Shown here: positions 62,593-64,000 of the stretch, one piece after another
Numbering within the stretch: position 1 is the first letter of the stretch
How the letters are laid out: each line of letters begins with the position of its first letter
Origin: Polyangiales bacterium
Lineage (GTDB): Bacteria > Myxococcota_A > Polyangia > Polyangiales > JADJQN01
Length of the DNA stretch: 64,000 nt
Assembly (NCBI GenBank): GCA_964202905.1
Contig: CAXNJO010000002.1
Span: 448,001-512,000, forward strand
Direction of reading: 5' to 3'
Notes under the pieces: model-generated
What the model saw: the letters and a program-made list of their open reading frames with translations, nothing else
Database searches by the model: none
What the model was told of the DNA's origin: nothing
Made by a program: the position numbers and the translations under genes

Positions 62593-63282
62593 GGGCAATC
62601 CGCGGCGCAATTGGCGGCGGTCTCGGGACCGTCGCAGGCCCCGTCACCGCAGCAACCCCTCGTTTGACCGGGCGCACACGCGGCCGGCATCCCACCGCCG
62701 CCGGGAGGCCCGCCGCCACCTGCCGTGGCGACGATGTCCCCGTGAAAACAGCCCGATGAACATGTTCTCTCCGGCGCCCGCCGAGTGGTAGTGATACCCG
62801 CGGACGTCATCGCGATGTCCCCGGCACGAGTCGAGATCGGACGGTTCCGTGGCATCTCCGTCCAACATCGCGTGAATGGCATATCCATCGATGGCATAGC
62901 CAATCAACGCGGCATGACCGTCGCCGCTCTCCACGGAGCGGGAGCACCCCGTCGCCGCGTGATAGTGATAGCCCGCCACGAGGTTCACATGCCCCCCGCA
63001 GTCGTCGAACGCAGCGATCGTGTGGGCCGCGAGAATCGCCTGCACGGGGGCGGGCGGATCGAACGCGACACCGTTCAACGCGGCGCCGACGGCTGGAACG
63101 CGCCCGATCTCCAGCGGGGTGGCCAGCGCCTGCGGATGCTTCGGAATGAGCAACGTCGTGACGACGCCACCCGCGACGTAGTCGAGCGCGCACTCGACAC
63201 AATAGTTGTTGTACGCGGGATCGACGTCCGGCCGGGCGGCCGCCTGACAGGACGCCATCGTGTCCGTCACACGGACACGACC
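62589..63282 (-). pseudogene. YHYH-domain protein, 5' end cut by IS3 insertion (frameshift near 62750)
   Basis: VGAALNGVAF, DDCGGH...GYHYH, IGYAIDGYAI, DLDSCRGH...GYHYH; Cys-rich tail in ORF 62589..62903. Confidence 0.85.
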
Positions 63283-63341
63283 TGAGCTTCCCCCCGGTTT
63301 GCGGACACCCCGGGTAGCGCGAAGATGCGCGAGGAGTGTCC

Positions 63342-63650
63342 ATGAAGAAGCTGAAGACAGGCCGGCGAGCAAAGCGATCGTTCACGCCGGAGTTTCGAGC
63401 AGACGCGGTGCGGCTGGTCGTGAGCGGGAAGTCCGCGACGCAGGTGGCGAAGGACCTCGACCTCACGGAGACGACGCTGCGCGAGTGGGTGCGGCGAGCT
63501 GAGGCAGACGCAGGCGTCGGAAGCCCCACGGTGCTGATGACCGAAGAGCGGGCCGAGCTGGCGCGGCTGCGGCGAGAGAACAAGCAGCTCCGAATGGAAC
63601 GCGAAATCCTCAAAGCGGCGGCCGCCTTCTTCGCCAAGGAGAACGCGTGA
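63342..63650 (+). CDS. IS3 transposase OrfA
   Basis: RSFTPEFRADAV...VAKDLDL...LRRENKQLRMEREILKAAAAFFAKE. Confidence 0.92.
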   Translation: MKKLKTGRRAKRSFTPEFRADAVRLVVSGKSATQVAKDLDLTETTLREWVRRAEADAGVGSPTVLMTEERAELARLRRENKQLRMEREILKAAAAFFAKENA

Positions 63651-64000
63651 AGTACGCGTTCATCCTCGCGTGGACGGTGGCCTACCCCGTGACCGTGATG
63701 TGCTGCGTGCTCCGCGTCTCGACGAGCGGCTTCTACAGATGGAAGGCGCTGCCCGTGTCGAAGCGGAAGGCCCGCAACACCGAGCTGCGCGCGAAGGTGC
63801 GCGAGGCCTTCGAGGCGAGCCGACGAACCTATGGGAGTCCTCGCGTCCGCGCCGAGCTGCAGGCCGACGGCGTGATCGTGAGCGAGAAGACCGTCGCGAA
63901 GATCATGCGCGAAGACTGCCTCGTGGCGCGGGCCAAGAAGCGCTTCCGCGCGACGACCGACTCGAAGCACGGTGACCCGATCGCGCCGAACGTCGTCGAT
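63647..64000 (+). CDS. IS3 transposase OrfB (partial)
   Basis: GTGA overlap; KYAFI...VMCCVLRVSTSGFY...RTYGSPRV...TTDSKH. Confidence 0.9.
   Translation, partial: MKYAFILAWTVAYPVTVMCCVLRVSTSGFYRWKALPVSKRKARNTELRAKVREAFEASRRTYGSPRVRAELQADGVIVSEKTVAKIMREDCLVARAKKRFRATTDSKHGDPIAPNVVD

Larger units (their letters stand above)
63283..64000 (+). mobile_element. IS3-family insertion sequence (left part)
   Basis: IRL TGAGCTTCCCCCGGTTTGCGGACAC followed by orfA and orfB. Confidence 0.93.

Overview
Very GC-rich bacterial DNA. The gene content (Hanks-type Ser/Thr kinases, DAG/DGG-linker lipoproteins, Cys-rich repeat proteins, a MYXO-CTERM tail, an AgmX/PglI-like TonB-C domain) points to Myxococcota, probably Polyangia/Sandaracinaceae-like; this is inference. 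About 1-38 kb is gene-dense and core-like: rpsT-murJ-engB, msrA, a MepA-like endopeptidase, a PAS/GAF histidine kinase, YhhN, a double-MaoC mesaconyl-CoA-hydratase-like enzyme and several large Cys-rich surface lipoproteins. It also carries a complete eukaryote-type bifunctional 6-phosphofructo-2-kinase/fructose-2,6-bisphosphatase (25665-26915), the most striking gene in the window. About 38-64 kb is an accessory mosaic: IS3-family remnants, fragments of icd, SulP, a LysR, an O-methyltransferase and a PemK/MazF-like gene, LysR-oxidoreductase pairs, and a BTAD-STAND regulator divergent from an atypical group I truncated haemoglobin. An apparently intact IS3 element interrupts a YHYH gene at the right edge. 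Many single-base frameshifts in otherwise intact genes suggest long-read indel errors, so pseudogene calls need read-level checks. No rRNA, tRNA or CRISPR array was recognised.
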